Counted from the first letter of the stretch, positions 1-17,372 are shown. The stretch: 64,000 nucleotides of DNA from the human T2T-CHM13v2.0 reference genome, Homo sapiens (GCF_009914755.1 NC_060940.1), one strand, 5' to 3'. The notes: generated by a model not told the origin, from the letters alone. Numbers and translations: made by a program.

Positions 1-566
1 CAGAAAAAAGAAAAAAAAAAAAAAAGAGTTGTTGGTTGGCTGGTTGTTTTAAGGTGGGAGAGATGTCAACTTATTTATATGGGGAAATAGCCTTTTGGGT
101 GATATTGTGAATGGAATAACCTGACAAGCATGTCCTCACCACTATGCATCTAGAAGCGCTGCATAAAACTAAACAAACATCCTTTAAAACATGCAGCTTA
201 GTTGCAAAAAAGAAAGGGAAATCCCCAGGAGGCACGAAGAGGAAACTGAACACTAGAGCTGTGCAACTTGCTGGGTGGCTGTGATCTTGGCATTGAAGGG
301 CCTAGGGCTTTACACCTACCTAGAGATTGGAGATAAGGCCTTGTCTGGGGAACTGAAAACATAAACACTAATAGAAAGCTTGTACCCTTAAGGGGTGACA
401 TCCTTGGTGAAAGAGTAAACTAGGAAAAAAATCTGCCTCCAGTTCAGGGAGCATAAAAGGACCTTGTCTGTTTCACTCTGAGATTTGGTGACAATAAATG
501 GTCTCTTTTGAGAATTCATAACCAAAGGCTTGGCCTCACTTGGACTTGGGGTTCAAGTTTACATCA

Positions 567-1079
<513 letters not shown>

Positions 1080-1519
1080 TCAAAATTACAAAACATAAGA
1101 GGAAACAATCTTCATGAATGACAGTAAGCAGACACAGCATATAGCAGGATGAGCTCCAACTCCAGAACTCCAGAGAATAGCATTATTTGGCAAAGAACCA
1201 TACAGCAAGTGTGGTTTAAATTTCTAAAGATATAAAAGAAGACATCAATATGAGAAAGAAATAAGATGGTGTTAAAAATGAGTGGGATTCCGGTCAATGA
1301 ATGCGTCTAAAAAAAAAAGTGAGCAGGAGAGGTTTAAAGTAAAAAGAAGAAACAGTAAAATGAATGCGTCTGTTAATCTATGAACTTATTCATTCCCCAT
1401 TCATTAGGCTCCTATAGTGTTTTAGACCATGTTCTGGGTCTGGAAATATAAAGATGACTCTGCAGATAGCAAGTTAGACTCTGCCTCAGGAAGATCGCAT
1501 GCAGAAATCCATGTATCAA

Positions 1520-1748
1520 TGCATCCATTTATCTATACATCCACTCATCCACACATCCATTCTCTTCACCTATCCATTCTCCCATCCATCCATCCATCCA
1601 TCCATCTATTCATCCATCCATCTGTCCGTCTGTCCATCTATCCATCCATCCATTTATTCATCCATCCATCCATCCATTCATCCATCTATCTAGTCTTCCA
1701 TCCATTCATTTATTTATCCATCCATCCATCCATCCATCCATCCAACCG
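1520..1748. repeat. (CATC)n/(ATCC)n microsatellite
   Basis: catccatccatccatc... tandem tetranucleotide with variants. Confidence 0.9.
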
Positions 1749-1765
1749 TCTTTCATTTTACTCAT

Positions 1766-2750
1766 TGTGGGGGAAAGAAAGAGAGATCTGACTGTTACTG
1801 TGTCTCTGTAGAAAGAAGAAGACATAAGAAACTCCATTTTGTTCTGTACTAAGAAAAATTCTGCCTTGAGATGCTGTTAATCTGTAACCCTAGTCCCAAC
1901 CCTGTGCTCGCAGAAACATGTGCTGTGTTGACTCAAGGTTTAATGGATTTAGGGCTGTGCAGGATGCACCTTGTTAAAAATGTGTTTGCAGGCAATATGC
2001 CTGGTAAAAGTCATTGCCATTCTCCATTATCGAGTATCTAGGGACAGAATGCACTGCGGAAGGCTGCAGGGACCTCTGCCCAAGAAAGCCTGGGTATTGT
2101 CCAAGGTTTCTCCCCACTGAGACAGCCTGAGATATGGCCTTGTGGGAAGGGGAAGACCTGACTGTCCCCCAGCCCAACACCGTAAAGGGTCTGTGCTGAG
2201 GAGGATTAGTGAAAGAGGAAGGCCTCTTTGCCGTTGAGATAAGAGGAAGGCATCTGTGTCCTGCTCGTCCCTGGGAACGGAATGTCTCGGTGTAAGGCCC
2301 GATCATACATTCTATTTACTGAGATAGGAGAAAACTACCTTATGGCTGGAGGTGAGACATGCTGGCGGCAATACTGCTCTTTACTGCTCTGAGATGTTTG
2401 TGTAAAGTCAAACATAAATCTGACCTACGTGCACATCGAGGCACAGCACGTTTCCTTAAACTTATTTATGACACAGAGACCTTTGCTCACGTTTTCCTGC
2501 TGACCCTCTCCCTACCATTACCCTATAGTCCTGCCATATCCGCCTCACTGAGATAGTAGAGATAGTGATCAGTAAATACTAAGGGAACTCAGAGACCAGT
2601 GCCCGCACAGGTCCTCCGTATGCTGAGCGCTGGTCCCCTAGGCCCACTGTTCTCTCTCTATACTTTGTCTCTGCATCTTATTTCTTTTCTCAGTCTCTTG
2701 CCCCACCTGACAAGAAATACCCACAGGTGTGGAGGGGCTGGCCCCCTTCA
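1766..2750 (+). mobile_element. solo LTR of HERV-K (HML-2) group, LTR5-family (LTR5A/B-like), ~985 bp
   Basis: Begins TGTGGGGGAAAGAAAGAGAGATCTGACTGTTACTGTGTCT, ends ...CCACAGGTGTGGAGGGGCTGGCCCCCTTCA; matches my recall of the LTR5 consensus throughout; flanked by a 5-bp direct repeat CTCAT (1761-1765 and 2751-2755). Confidence 0.8.
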
Positions 2751-3633
2751 CTCATTCTCAAATGTCACAGCTAGAAAAGTCCCAATAGAACATCTTGTTC
2801 AACTTTCAGCTGTCTTTTTGTACATGAAAAAAGCACATGAGGCCCCATAATACAAAACTCTGTTTTCTGAAGTCTCTAAGTGAATAAGGTGATGGAGGCA
2901 GATCATGAACTGGGGCCTTGTCCCTGCATTTCTTCCACACTGCAGTGCCTTTCCTGAACCCATGGCATGGAAGCATCTGACCTCTGAACACCTGCCTCTA
3001 TCTTCTGTTTCTCTCAGGTCTGTTCACTCCTCGTGGGCAGAGTCCCCACAACCCAGTGCTGTCAACTGATGGTGATGATAAGGAATGTCATTACCCAGCT
3101 CATGAGTGATAGAGATGGGACAGGGCCCTGGTCTCTCCCTGGTGTCAGTTTTGTGTCCATATCTTAGCTCACCCCTACCTTTGTTCCCTACTCTGCCGCT
3201 AGAGAGACTGTGAGCTCCTTGAGGGCAGGGCCCAGGTCTTATTCCTCCCCTCCCAGTGCCCAGCTCAGAAACAGTGCTTAGGATGCTGGCCAGTGACTAC
3301 ACCTGGGAGAAGAGACTGGACTAGGCTCTCGGTCCCTCTGCCTGGGGTTTCTGGCTGCTCTGTCAACTTCCAACATCCCAAAAATCAGAGGGGAGGTCAA
3401 GGGATTGGATGAGAGGCTCCAAGTGCTCCTTAGCCCACTGTGCAGGGAGAAGTGAGTGTTTCCTGGCTGTGGGTGAACTTCGTGGACAGCATTAAACAAC
3501 ACAGCATCCCGCCCCCTATGCGGGGCTGTCTGTCTGCCTTGGCACTTCCAGAAGGTCTCATTGTGGTGCTAGAGTATCTAACACTTTCTGACTTGCAGAT
3601 CAACATTCCCTTTTCTTGTTAACAAAGAGCAGT

Positions 3634-3932
3634 GCCGGGCGCGGTGGCTCACACCTGTAATCCCAGCACTTTGGGAGGCTGAAGCGGGCAGATCATGAGG
3701 TCAGGAGTTCGAGACCAGCCTGGCCAGCATGGTAAAACCCTGTCTCTACTAAAAATACAAAAATTAGCCAGGCATGGTGGCAGGCGCCTGTAATCCCAGC
3801 TACTTGGGAAGCTGAGGCAGGAGAATCGCTTAAACCCAGAGGCGGAGGTTGCAGTGAGCGGAGATCGCGCCATCACACTGCAGCCTGGGCAACAGAGCGA
3901 GACTCCGTCTCAAAAACAACAACAAAAACAAA
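3634..3932 (+). mobile_element. Alu SINE
   Basis: CCGGGCGCGGTGGCTCACACCTGTAATCCCAGCACTTTGGGAGGC...GAGACTCCGTCTCAAAAA. Confidence 0.9.
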
Positions 3933-4197
3933 GAGCAGAGTTTTAGGTCAATGCTTCCAGCAGGGAACAGAATTTAGATCTTAACAATTTTGTTTACATT
4001 GTATTTATTTTCATGTTTTACCTTCTATTGATGGCAAATGAGACTGGTTTTCCATTTACAGAAGTGATACAAAAGATTCCTGTTGCAATAATTTCATTAA
4101 GTGAATAATGAGCCAATTTAAAGAAAAACATAAAGCAAATAATTGTACAGATGGTAAACTAATATGGCAAAATCACTAATATTCAAGGCTGAAGTTT

Positions 4198-4488
4198 GGC
4201 CGGGCATGGTGGCTCATGGCTGTAATCCCAACACTCTGAGAGATGGGGATGAGTGGCTCTCTCGAGCCCAGGAATTAAAGACCAGCCTGGGCAACATAGC
4301 AAGACCCTGTCTCTAAAAAAAAAAAATAGCCAGGTGTGGTGGTACATGCCTGTAGTTCCACCTACTAGGGAGACTGAGGTGGGAGGATCACTTAAGCCCA
4401 GGAGTTCAAGGCCGCAGTGAGCTGAGATTGTGCCACTGTAGTCCAGCCTGGGCAACAGAGTGAGACCCTGTTTCAAAAACAAAAAAAA
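4198..4488 (+). mobile_element. Alu SINE
   Basis: GGCCGGGCATGGTGGCTCATGGCTGTAATCCCAACAC... A tail. Confidence 0.85.
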
Positions 4489-4490
4489 GT

Positions 4491-4796
<306 letters not shown>

Positions 4797-5795
4797 CAAA
4801 GTTTGGAAAATTAAACCCCCAGGGAAATGGAAACTACATCTGCTGCTCACCCACCTGCCTGCCTCTCCTAAAGGGAAGATCGGGTACTTGGGGTCCCATT
4901 TCTGTAGGGTGGAGCATTATAAGTAAGCCTAGCTTGTGGCAAATCTGTCTCTCTGGACACTCCAGCAAGCTGGAAGGGACGATGATCAGAGGTCACAGTT
5001 TGGGAGTTGCCCTGCTCTAGGACAACGCTCCTCTCCACATTGGATGAAACTCAGTTTCCCCTGGCCATGGCCTTCCTCACCATGGAGTGGTGAGGGTCCG
5101 AGGCTGAGACGTGTGCAGATGGAGGAGAATGGGCAGAGGAGCCTGTGGGTTTTCTCTGACTCTAGGTCCCCACTCCAGCAAGACAGCGCCGCTGCAGCTT
5201 GGCCCAGCAAGTTCCTCCTTGCAGTTTGGGGGTCAAAGCCACAGTTCATATGAAACAAAATGTTCCTCTGCCTGGTCTGGTCCTCTCTTTGTGTATTTTC
5301 CTAGAGGACCTCACAGTGGGTGAGTGGCCAAGGAGAACAGGATTTGTGGCTCTGGGAAACTGGATTCCTGTCATCTCCTGCCAGCTGTCATCGCCACACC
5401 GAGGCTGTTCAGCACCGCAGGACCCGTTCTCTTTGGTATTGGTGGCTTCGGTAAACACTGAAAGAAGGTGGAGGTGGCTGGTCGATGCCATTTCCTGACT
5501 ATCTAGTACCTTGGGTTCTTCATCTGGATGCGATCTTGAAGGCTTCTGGCCTGGCATTGGCTCCACCCCCAGGTCTCTGAGCCACAGCCCAGGTAGCTGA
5601 GCAGAGGCACTGCTGGGCTTCCCCTAGTCCACATAGCCTGGCCACCACCCAGACCCGGGGAGGGGGACTCCAGGTGGAAGGAGCCTGGGAAGGGCATCTT
5701 CGCTGGGGCAGTCTCAATCCTAATGCTGGATCCTGGGGTCCCCGGTCCCACTGAGGCAAGGCCTGCCTCGGGGATCTCTGGGGAACCCTGGGGAT

Positions 5796-6470
5796 TCAGA
5801 ACCCCACACTGGTCCGGCCTTCACGCTTCCAGAAAGCTGAGATCTGCTCCAAGGTGACCCGTGGCTGGAGGCCCCACTCAGGATCCGGGCTCCCTGGCCG
5901 CTGCCTCCTGGCCTGGGGGCTCCCAAACTGGACGCTGGCCTCTGGCCTCTGCTCGGGTTCAGCCCAGCTCACCAGGCCTGTGGCGGGGGGCCTCCCCTCC
6001 CAGGGCTGGGGCCCCCAGAAGGTGCTCCGGGCTGGGACCTCCAGTACGGTCTGGGGGCCCAAGTTGCTGGGAGCAGAATTTGGGGCTGAGGGGGCAGGTG
6101 GGGCTGTTGCTCGGGCCTCCAAAGTGCCCACCTGGGTGGGAGGCTCAGGGGCCCGATCTGTCAGCAGGGGGACCGCAGAGCCATACCAGTCCTCAGAGCG
6201 CTCTCGGGCGGTGCCCATGGGCTCAATCCACAGCTCTCCTCCTGGGCGCCACACCAGGGTGGGTGCACGGTGGCTGGGGTCTGGGCGGAGAGCACGGCGG
6301 AACAGGCGTTCAGCCAACACAGCGGTGGTGAGGATGAAGAGCGCAGCCAGGGTGGCCAGGACCAGCATGATGGGGATGCAGGGCCCACAGGGCAGTGAGG
6401 GCCATGGGGCTGCTTCCCATGCGGGGGGCCCCTCCACGCGCCCAGAGGGCGGCTCTGGAGTCAACGGCAT
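5796..6470 (-). CDS. C16orf54: single coding exon, 224-aa single-pass transmembrane protein; I recognise it as C16orf54
   Basis: 675-nt ATG..stop ORF on the minus strand (MPLTPEPPSGRVEGPPAWEA...ISAFWKREGRTSVGF) with a hydrophobic segment IMLVLATLAALFILTTAVLA. A pyrimidine-rich tract plus AG acceptor sits immediately 5' of the ATG (plus-strand 6471-6500). Genomic position between an HERV-K LTR and ZG16 fits the known 16p11.2 gene order. Confidence 0.75.
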   Translation of the reverse strand: MPLTPEPPSGRVEGPPAWEAAPWPSLPCGPCIPIMLVLATLAALFILTTAVLAERLFRRALRPDPSHRAPTLVWRPGGELWIEPMGTARERSEDWYGSAVPLLTDRAPEPPTQVGTLEARATAPPAPSAPNSAPSNLGPQTVLEVPARSTFWGPQPWEGRPPATGLVSWAEPEQRPEASVQFGSPQARRQRPGSPDPEWGLQPRVTLEQISAFWKREGRTSVGF

Positions 6471-6561
6471 CTGAGAGACACAGGGGTGAGAAGAGGAAGT
6501 AAATGAGGCAGAGGGGGCACAACCAAGATGAGAGAGAGGCAGCAGGTGTCCAGGAAAGCCT

Positions 6562-6862
6562 GGGAGAAGGGCTGGGCATGGGGGCTCATGCCTGGAATCC
6601 CAGCACTTTGAGAGGTCGAGGCGGGAGGATCACTTGAGCCCAGGAGTTCAAGACCAGCCTGGACACACAGTGAAACCTCATCTCTAAAAATAATTTAAAA
6701 ACTAGCTGGGTGTGGTGGCTCACACCTGTAGTCCCAGCTACACAGGAAGCTGAGGTGGGAGGATTACTTGAGCCCAGGAGTTTGAAGCTGCAGTGACCCC
6801 AGATTGCACCACTGTCCTCCAGCCTGGGCAATAGAGCAAGACCCTTTCTCAAAAATGAAAAA
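6562..6862 (+). mobile_element. Alu SINE
   Basis: GGCTGGGCATGGGGGCTCATGCCTGGAATCCCAGCACTTTGAGAGG... Confidence 0.85.
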
Positions 6863-7423
6863 GAACATTCTGGAGAGACAGAGAAGCAAGAGGGACCAGA
6901 AAGGGTAAGCGTGAGCCAGGTGGGGTGGGAGGACAGGCAGCCTACCTCGGGGCACAGCCAGGCCCTCCTGCCTGGCTCTCCAGGCCTTTCCAGAATCCCC
7001 ATTTCCCTCCCAGACCCCAGGGTGCCTCAGACAAGAAAGGTCTCAAGGGCTTCTTTCCTCCCCACTCGGCCCCCTCAAGTCTTGCTCAGACCTAGAGAGG
7101 AAGTGGTGGGTGAAGAAATGAGAACCTCCCCTCCCACTGGCTCCCCTGCGTATGTCTCCCCCACCGCCTGCCGCCAGCACCTCCGCTGGCCCCTTGAGGC
7201 TCCTTCGCCCCTCACCATTCTCCTCGGACTTGATCTTGCTCTCATAGGCTCCACGGAATCTGCTGCCGGGCCGGGCCGGGCCAGGCCTCCGGAGGCGCCT
7301 CTGCACCCCTCCTGGGCTCCCCAGCTTTGCCCAGGCTCTGGCCTGTCTCTATCTCTCGTTTGTCTCTGCACACCTCTCTGTCCCCCACATCCTCCATCTG
7401 CAGGGGGCCTCCTGCACCCCTCA

Positions 7424-7432
7424 ACTCACCTT
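7424..7432 (-). other. C16orf54: candidate splice donor (AAG|GTGAGT) of a 5' non-coding exon of C16orf54
   Basis: Plus-strand ACTCACCTT is the reverse complement of AAGGTGAGT, a perfect donor consensus, ~960 bp 5' (on the minus strand) of the coding-exon acceptor; lies in a GC-rich block 6900-7780. Confidence 0.35.
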
Positions 7433-7785
7433 GGGTCAGTCCCTGGGCTCCTCTCCCTCCTAGAGCCACTCTTCCTGGTGCTGGACTAAGAGGTGCAGGC
7501 TTGGAGGGTGCAGGGCGGTCCGCCTCTCAGACGTAGAGGCCCGGCCTCGGATGAAGGCGGAAGGGAGGGCACCGCCTGTTGCTGGGCAACTGTGCCCCAA
7601 CTCGTCTGCCCCTGGGGAGTGTTTGTTTCCAAAGCAACCCAAGGGGATGTGGTCACTGCGGTGAGGAGGCTTTTCCTGGGGTAAGGTGGGGCTGGAATGG
7701 GCAATGGTTCTGTTGAACTTAGTGTCACCCCATAGCCAGGCCCTGAGCCCCAGAACATTCACCGAAAAGCTGAGAAAGAGGACGC

Positions 7786-8105
7786 CGGGGCCAGGCACAG
7801 TGGCTCACCCCTGTAATCCCAGCATTTTGGGAGGTCAAGGTGGGCAGGTCACCTGAGGTCAGGAGTTCGAGACCAGCCTGCCAACATGGCGAAACCCCAT
7901 CTCTACTGAAAAATACAAAAATTAGCTGGGCATGGTGACGGGCACTTGTAATCTCAGCTGCTCAGGCGGCTGAGGCAGGGAGAATCGCTTGAACCCGGGA
8001 CTCGGAGGTTGCAGTGAGCTGAGATCGTGCCACCACACTCCAGCCTGGGCAACAGAGTGAGACTCCGTCTTAAAAAAAAAGAAAAGAAAAGAAAAGAAAA
8101 AGAAA
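7786..8105 (+). mobile_element. Alu SINE with (GAAAA)n tail
   Basis: GGCCAGGCACAGTGGCTCACCCCTGTAATCCCAGCATTTTGGGAGG... Confidence 0.85.
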
Positions 8106-8108
8106 TAG

Positions 8109-8498
<390 letters not shown>

Positions 8499-8827
8499 TG
8501 AGGCTTGGGTAACAAAAATGTCAAGCCTCTGAGAGGAGTCCAGGGTATAAAAACAGGCGTGGGCCTGTTTCCAAAACCCTGACCATCCTCATGTCTGTCC
8601 CTCTTTCCTGCTGCTGAGGGTGGGAGGAGCCTGGAGCAGAGTGTGACAAGATGTCATCAGGCTCTGGAGTCCAGGTGACTTTCTGAGATTCTCTAGTTTG
8701 ACTCATCCACAGATGACAAAAGTAAGGCTTAAAGAAAAGAGATTTCATGACCAAAGTCGCATGACCAATGTATGTGTGGGTGAGCATGTAGTGGCCAGGG
8801 TGGTGGAAGAATAGATAGAAATCCCTG

Positions 8828-9133
8828 GGCTGGGCGAGGTGGCTCATGCCTGTAATCCCAGCACTTTGGGAGACCGAGGCGGGTGGATCACCTGAGGTCA
8901 GGAGTTTGGGAGCAGCCTGGCCAACATGGCAAAACCCCGTCTCTACTAAAAATACAAAAATTAGCCGGGCGTGGTGCCGCACGCCTATGATCCCAACTAC
9001 TCAGGAGGCTGAGGCAGGAGAATCGCTTGAACCCGGTGCAGTGAGCCGAGATCGTGCCATTCCACTCCAGCCTGGGCAACAGAGCGAGACTCTGTCTCAA
9101 AATAAATAAATTAAATAAATAAATGAATGAAAA
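8828..9133 (+). mobile_element. Alu SINE with (AAAT)n-rich tail
   Basis: GGCTGGGCGAGGTGGCTCATGCCTGTAATCCCAGCACTTTGGGAGACCGAGG... Confidence 0.85.
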
Positions 9134-9654
9134 GACAGTCTCCGTCAGACTGCCCCATCCTGGTGGTTTTGAGCCCTGCTGGGAGGAGCTGGAGATGGAG
9201 AGTCCGGGGGAAACCGCCTTTGCAAAGAAAGAGATCTAACTTAACTGACTCCACCTTGCTTCTAACCTCCAAGCTGTCTTTGTTTATTCCTGGGCGTAGG
9301 CTGAACTAACTTTGGGAGAAACTTAGTTTGTAGTTTATAGTTTAAACAAAGACAGTAACAGCCCTTTCCCAAAGCAGACCTTCTTGCCTGGGGACTAGAC
9401 TAACACTAGCCATAGGATTAGAAATTATGGTTTAGGAGTCATGCAGCTGGAGGCTACAAGATTCTGACCCTCCCTAAACTGCTCCTAACATCAGTGCTTG
9501 AGATATTTTGCAGACCCTGCACTTGATGGATCAGCTGGCACCACCCAGATCAATAAACTGGCTCATCTGATCTTGTGGCCCCCACCCAGAACTGACTCTG
9601 CAAGAAGACAGCTCTGACTCCTGATGATTTCATCTCTGACCAATCTGCACTCCC

Positions 9655-9703
9655 AGATCCCAGCACTTTGGGAGGACCAGACAGGCAGATCACAAGGTCA
9701 GGA
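9655..9703 (+). mobile_element. Alu SINE, 5' portion of a copy split by the LTR insertion
   Basis: CCCAGCACTTTGGGAGGACCAGACAGGCAGATCACAAGGTCAGGA, then interrupted. Confidence 0.75.
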
Positions 9704-10839
9704 TGAGAGGTGACAGCGTGCTGGCAGCCCTCACTCACTCTGGGCGCCTCCTCGGCCTCCACGCCAACTCTCCCTGCGCTTGAGGAGCCCTTCAGCCCGC
9801 CGCTGCACTGTGGGAGCCCCTCTCTGGGCTGGCCGAGGCGGGAGCCCGCTCCCTCTGCTTGCCAGAGGTGTGGAGGGAGAGGCGCGGACGGGAACTGGGG
9901 CTGCGGGCCACGCTCGAGGGCCAGCATGAGTTCCGGGTGGGCGTGGGCTCGGTGGGCCCCGCACTCAGAGAGGCCGGCTGGCGCCATTGGCCCCAGGCAG
10001 TGAGGGGCTTAGCACCCAGACCAGCAGCTGCAGAGGGTGCGCCAGGTCCCCCAGCAGTGCCAGCCCACAGGTGCACTTGAATTCTCGCAGGCCTCAGCTG
10101 CCTCCCCACGGGGCAGGGCTTGGGACCTGCAGCCCGCCATGCCCAAGCGTCCCCCTGCCTGGGCTCCTGCACCGCCCCCTGCTCTGCGGGGCCTGGTCCC
10201 ATCAACCGCCCAAGGGCTGAGGAGTGCAGGCACAGGATTGGTGGGCAGCTCCACCTGCAGCCCAGGTGCTAGGTCCACTAGGTGAAGCCAGCTGGGCTCT
10301 TGAGTCTAGTGGGCACTTGGAGAACCTTTATGTCTAGCTAAGGGATTGTAAATACACCAATCAGCACTCTGTGTCTAGCTCAAGGTTTGTAAACACACCA
10401 ATCAGCACCCTGTCAAAATGGACCAATCAGCTCTCTATAAAACAGACCAGTTGGCTCTCTGTAAAATGGGCCAATCAGCAGGATGTGGGTGGGGCCAGAT
10501 AAGGCAATAAAAGCAGGCTGCCAGAGCCAGCAGTGGCAACTCGGGGTACCCTTCCACATAGGAAGCTTTGTTCTTTTGATCTTTCCAATAAATCTTGCTG
10601 CTGCTTATCCTGGGTCTGCACTGCTTTTATGAGCTGTAACATCGTGAAGGTCTGCAGCTTCACGCCAGAGGCCAGCGAGACCACGAACCCACCAGAAGGA
10701 AGAAACTCGGAACACGTCCGAACATCAGAAGGAACAAACTCCGGACATGCCGCCTTTAAGAACTGAAACACTCACCGTGAGGGTCCGCAGCTTCATTCTT
10801 GAAGTCAGTGAGACCAAGAACCCGCCAATTCTGGACACA
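9704..10839 (+). mobile_element. solo LTR of a class-I endogenous retrovirus, family undetermined, 1136 bp, CpG-retaining
   Basis: TG...CA termini (TGAGAGGTGACAGCG ... TTCTGGACACA). The 4-bp target-site duplication AGGA (9700-9703 and 10840-10843) reconstitutes Alu consensus GGTCAGGAGATCGAG across the insertion. Internal U3-like block with three CCAATCAGC boxes, GATAAGGCAATAAAAG, an R-like CAATAAATCTTGCTGCTGC, and a U5-like GAGACCAAGAACCCGCCAATTC. Confidence 0.7.
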
Positions 10840-11495
<656 letters not shown>

Positions 11496-11747
11496 TTATT
11501 GCAATTTTGCTGTCTTGATGAATCGGCTATGTGTAGGCAGCGGGCAAGGTGAACCCCTTTGGCAGTTACAGGGGGAAGCTAAGGCTCAGGACACTCGCAG
11601 AAACCTGAGGAGGCTAGAATTTTACCAGATTACAAGCCTTAAAATCAAACCTGAAGTTAGTGCCAGCGAACAACACGCTTAAAAATAACTAAGATGTTCT
11701 TTCTGGCTGTTCTAGAGGTCAATATAGAAAAATGATAGTAACTTTGA

Positions 11748-12035
<288 letters not shown>

Positions 12036-12146
12036 TAAACAAACTTTTAGAAGAGTTAACATTATTAAAAACTGGAAAGATCAGACATGGTTTTTTCTTA
12101 CTAAGATATCACTGGCTGTTTTGATTCTTTCATCACGTACAAGTTT

Positions 12147-12282
12147 AGGCCCTACACAATGGTTCATGCCTGTAATCCCAGCACTTTGGGAGGCCAAGAC
12201 AGGTGGATCACCTAAGGTCGGGAGTTTGAGGCCAGCCTGACCAACATGGCGAAACCCCGTCTCTACTAAACATACCAAAAAA
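12147..12282 (+). mobile_element. Alu left monomer (FLAM-like)
   Basis: GGCCCTACACAATGGTTCATGCCTGTAATCCCAGCACTTTGGGAGGCCAAG... Confidence 0.7.
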
Positions 12283-13047
<765 letters not shown>

Positions 13048-13418
13048 ACCAAGTATATTTAGTCATTCTATAAAATTTAAGAAGCCAGCCAAAAACATTT
13101 ATGTTCAGCAATTTGTTTCAGTTATTTCTTCTTACTTGGAAATAATACACACATCTAATGAATAATAGTTAATTTAATAGAACATAATAGGAGATTTAAA
13201 ATTACATGAAAAATTTATTTATAATAAATTATCCATTACATACTTTATTTTTAACAGTTTCCCTAGATTATTTATGAAAACTGAGATATTAGGCAAGGAT
13301 AGTCATTATTTCAAGTTACTTCCCTGTTAATCATTTTTATAGCCTGTGACAATCAGGTATTCACCTAAGTAAGAAGCTTAAACATATGAGTAATTTCTTG
13401 ATAACTCAGGAGATACAG

Positions 13419-13715
13419 TTTTTTTTTTTTTTTTTTTTTGAGGTGGAATCTCGCTCTGTCTCCTAGGCTGGAGTGCAGTAGTGTAGTCTCGGCTCACTGC
13501 AACCTCTGCCTCCAGGTTCAAGCGATTCTCCTGCCTCAGCCCCCCGAGTAGCTGGGACTACAGGCTCCTGCCACCACACCTGGCTAATTTTTGTATTTTT
13601 AGTAGAGACGGGGTTTCACTATGTTGTCCAGGCTAGTCTTGAACTCCTGACCTCAGGTGATCCACCCACGTCGGCCTCCCAAAGTGCTGCGATTACTAAA
13701 CCACCATGCCCGGCC
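13419..13715 (-). mobile_element. Alu SINE
   Basis: poly-T then GAGGTGGAATCTCGCTCTGTCTCCTAGGCTGGAGTGCAGT...CCACCATGCCCGGCC. Confidence 0.85.
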
Positions 13716-13814
13716 GATATAGATGTTTTTACTAAATGAAAAATATTAAATTAGTATTACTTATCAAAAATTACACAGGCTGGGCGTGGTGGCTCAGATC
13801 TGTAATCGCAATAA

Positions 13815-14448
<634 letters not shown>

Positions 14449-14482
14449 GTCACTTTTTCTTTTAATTAATTTTAAAAAATTT

Positions 14483-14936
<454 letters not shown>

Positions 14937-14944
14937 TAATTTAA

Positions 14945-15062
14945 ATAGAGATGGGGTCTTGCTGTGTTCCCCAGGCTGGTCTCAAACTCCTGGCCTGAAG
15001 CAGACCTCCCACCTCGGTGTCCTGAAGTTTGGGATTATAGGCATAAGCCACCATACCTAGCC
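14945..15062 (-). mobile_element. Alu left-arm fragment
   Basis: AGAGATGGGGTCTTGCTGTGTTCCCCAGGCTGGTCTCAAACTCCTGGCCTGAAG... Confidence 0.65.
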
Positions 15063-15072
15063 TAATCTAAAC

Positions 15073-15317
15073 ACTTTGGGAGGCAGGAGGATTGCTTGAA
15101 GATAGTAGTTCAAGACCAGCCTGGGCAACACAGTGAGACTCCATCTCTACCAAAAAAAAAAAAAATTAGCTGGGCATGGTTCCATGTGCCTGTAGTCCTA
15201 GCTGCTCAAGAGGCTGAGGCAGAGGATCACTTGAGCCCAGGAGTTCGAGGTTACAGTGAGTTATATCATGCTACCTGGACAGCAGAGCAAGACCCTGTCT
15301 CTAACAACAACAAAAAA
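15073..15317 (+). mobile_element. Alu SINE, 5'-truncated
   Basis: CTTTGGGAGGCAGGAGGATTGCTTGAAG...GAGCAAGACCCTGTCTCTAACAACAACAAAAAA. Confidence 0.8.
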
Positions 15318-15467
15318 TTATACAAACACAGATCATTTTGTTTAAAACTGGATTTGTAGTCTTATAACCCTTGTGTCAGACCCTGACACCTTAAAACATC
15401 TAGTAGAGATAAATATAAAACTGTCTGGCCAGTAAACCCAAGCAAAAATGTATGCTGATAATTCTGA

Positions 15468-15829
<362 letters not shown>

Positions 15830-15872
15830 ATAGTTTTAAAACCAGCTTATTTATTAAAGATTAAAGATTTAC

Positions 15873-16480
<608 letters not shown>

Positions 16481-16795
16481 ACTGTTTTTTATCAGTTTCA
16501 AATGAGTTTAGGGTTAAATTTTCAATTGTTTACATTTTAGCCAGGATTGGCTAAATTGTATAAGAAATACAAAATATCTAAGTGCCCTGGAACTAGTAAC
16601 ACGTCTATGTTTTGTTTGCTGATCTGGTTTGATTTGCAAATGTGGGCAGGAAAGAACTTTAGCAGGTGTTTTTTTTATTTTGTTTTTGTTTTTGCCTTTT
16701 GGCCTCTGTGTGACAGAAAAAGCAACATTTTTATGCTGGACAGAGATACCTTACATTATTGCTCTGAGCTCAAGGTTTCAACTTCTTTGATCTAA

Positions 16796-17372
<577 letters not shown>

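Noticed and set aside
1429-1791. 120-aa and 64-aa plus-strand ORFs rich in HPSI repeats
   Set aside because: They are the translation of the (CATC)n microsatellite; no start context, no splice signals, repetitive low complexity
5854-6474. 206-aa and 156-aa ORFs on the plus strand overlapping the C16orf54 exon
   Set aside because: Antisense to a well-supported CDS, in 70% GC sequence where stop codons are rare; no independent signals
9550-10285. Cluster of 70-145-aa ORFs on both strands in a GC-rich block, and the possibility that the element is an SVA
   Set aside because: The ORFs lie inside the CpG-rich U3 of the solo LTR and are open in every frame. SVA was rejected because the element has TG..CA ends and a 4-bp target-site duplication, with no hexamer, VNTR or poly-A
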